Below are positions 62,380 to 64,000 of a stretch of DNA of 64,000 nucleotides, piece after piece (the stretch's first letter is position 1; each line of letters begins with the position of its first letter). Origin of the DNA: Podarcis vaucheri (taxonomy: Eukaryota); the NCBI GenBank assembly GCA_965113315.1, contig OZ220369.1, one strand, 5' to 3'. Under the pieces are notes generated by a model that had not been told where the DNA came from, did not search any database, and saw only the letters and a list, made by a program, of their open reading frames with translations. Both the position numbers and the translations under genes were made by a program.

Positions 62380-63310
62380 GACCTCCATTTTGGAAGAAGA
62401 GTGGGATCTAAATCTATAAAATATATATGGGGGAAAGGCAATCCTTTAGGCATAGAGGTTCGGAGTCATATAAGGCTTTAAAGGTTAAGAACAGCACTTT
62501 GAATTGGGCCCAGAAACAAATAAGTAACCAGTGTAGTCAGGCCAAACCCCATGGTATATGTTCATGCTTTCTTGTTTCAGTTTACGGAGAAGCAGATATA
62601 TTCTGCATTAGATGTAGTTTCCAAACGGCCTTCCTTAGCAGCCTTACATACAATGCAACGTGGGGATTACCAGAGCTGAAGCCAGACTATCCCTGTCCAT
62701 ATAGGACCACATCTGGGCTACCAGCTGAAGCTGATAGATGCCATTTGGTGCCACGTATATGGATGGAGCTTCAATTTATTGTCTCTTACTCAGTTCATTG
62801 CTGAGGCCAAGCACTGATCCAGTATATCTTGCTTGAACTTTGAAGGAAAAGTAGACTTGTGTGTCATCAAGCATGGGGGATAAAACTAAACACTGCAGAA
62901 CCCCACATAAGAGGCTCATGGGGCTAAAAACATACCCAAAACAACACCATAGAACAGCAGAACTATTGCAAGACAGTGCCCCCTGTCCCAACTCAGATTG
63001 TCCTCAGAGATGATGATTGATGGTATTGAAAGCTGCCAAGAGGTCAAGGAGAATCAGCAAATACATCATCTACCTTTCCTGTCATTATATAAAGTAGCCA
63101 AGGTGGTCTTAGTGCCAAAACAGGGCCTGAAACCCAACTGAAATGGATCTAGTAAATCAGTCTCATCCAAGAGTCCTTGGAACTAGTCATTGACCACCTA
63201 CTCAAAAATATTACCCAGGAAGGATACATTTGCCTATAACTCTTCAAGTATTCTGGGTCACAGAGGTTTTCCTAAGGAGAGATCTCACTGCTGTCTTTCA
63301 GAGAGCCTGT
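62380..63310 (-). mobile_element. Degenerate L2 remnant
   Basis: Minus LCGVLQCLVLSPMLDDTQVYFSF; LLDLLAAFNTINH-like (atggtattgaaagctgccaagaggtcaaggag); cactttgaattgggcccagaaac. Confidence 0.7.
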
Positions 63311-64000
63311 GACCATTGCCTCTCTCAGAGGGATTACCTCCTTGGTCCAGTTGGTGGTGGTCTCCTTGCCAGATATCAGCCACAAGGGTCAAGAATGCAA
63401 ATGGTCAATGCACCATTTGAATTACTTTATCCACATCCTTGAGCCCTATCAACAGAAACTCGCCCATGAACAGAAACTGGAAATTGACCTGCTACAATAG
63501 CAGGTACCAATAGATACAAGCAATTTTACCCTCAAAGCACCTTGCAGATAAATCGCAGCAAACTACTGAAGGTTCTACCACCTTTAGCCAAAATATGAAA
63601 GGCCCTGTGCCACTCTAAAAGTGGTTCCGTTGCACAAGACATCAAGGATGCAATGGAGGCAGAGAAGTAGACTCGTCAATGATCACACCATTGAGTTTGA
63701 TCTACGACTTGCATTCTTGCTGTCTTCCAACCTGCACAAAGGTAAATATTACCAACCCTCAGTCTCCCATGGCAACATAATGATGCCCTGCCAACTTCTT
63801 GGCCATCTGCACTATAAGGATGTTGGCAAATGTACACACACACCACAGCCATTTTTCTGCTGTCTGCAGTTTAGGACCAAATCAGATGTGATTCCAGAGA
63901 GCCACAAGTGGACCACCCAATGCAACCCAGGTGAGGGGTGGCATTTAACTCCCCTCACAATGTTTATCAGTCTGAATATCCTCCCCCTCCCCCCAGTAAA

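Overview
Vertebrate genomic DNA, most likely a lacertid lizard (inferred from the Sauria SINE with ACCTTT tail, a tRNA-Lys/CR1-tailed SINE and squamate-type CR1/L2/L1 content). The window holds the 3' portion of ZFHX3 (ATBF1) on the + strand. There are six coding exons (human-equivalent exons 5-10: 18431-18544, 29652-29782, 30102-30302, 37518-37620, 38571-44078, 53684-55260). All have canonical AG/GT junctions and compatible phases and encode about 2,540 aa, including all four homeodomains and many C2H2/U1-type zinc fingers. A ~3.9 kb 3'UTR follows, ending near an ATTAAA at 59156. Introns are rich in TEs, several young with exact TSDs: hAT and Tc1/mariner-pogo MITEs, a Sauria SINE, CR1, L1, L2 and a solo LTR, with a nested cluster in the last intron. 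TE-free, TAAT-rich blocks look like conserved enhancers. There are three N-gaps. I found no convincing novel multi-gene system. The most interesting points are: absence of the SCA4 poly-glycine tract with a longer polyQ nearby; a near-identical inverted CR1 pair bracketing exons 5-7; a candidate poison exon; nested TE chronology; and antisense bias of long LINEs. Comparisons to human/mouse ZFHX3 are from recall and need alignment.
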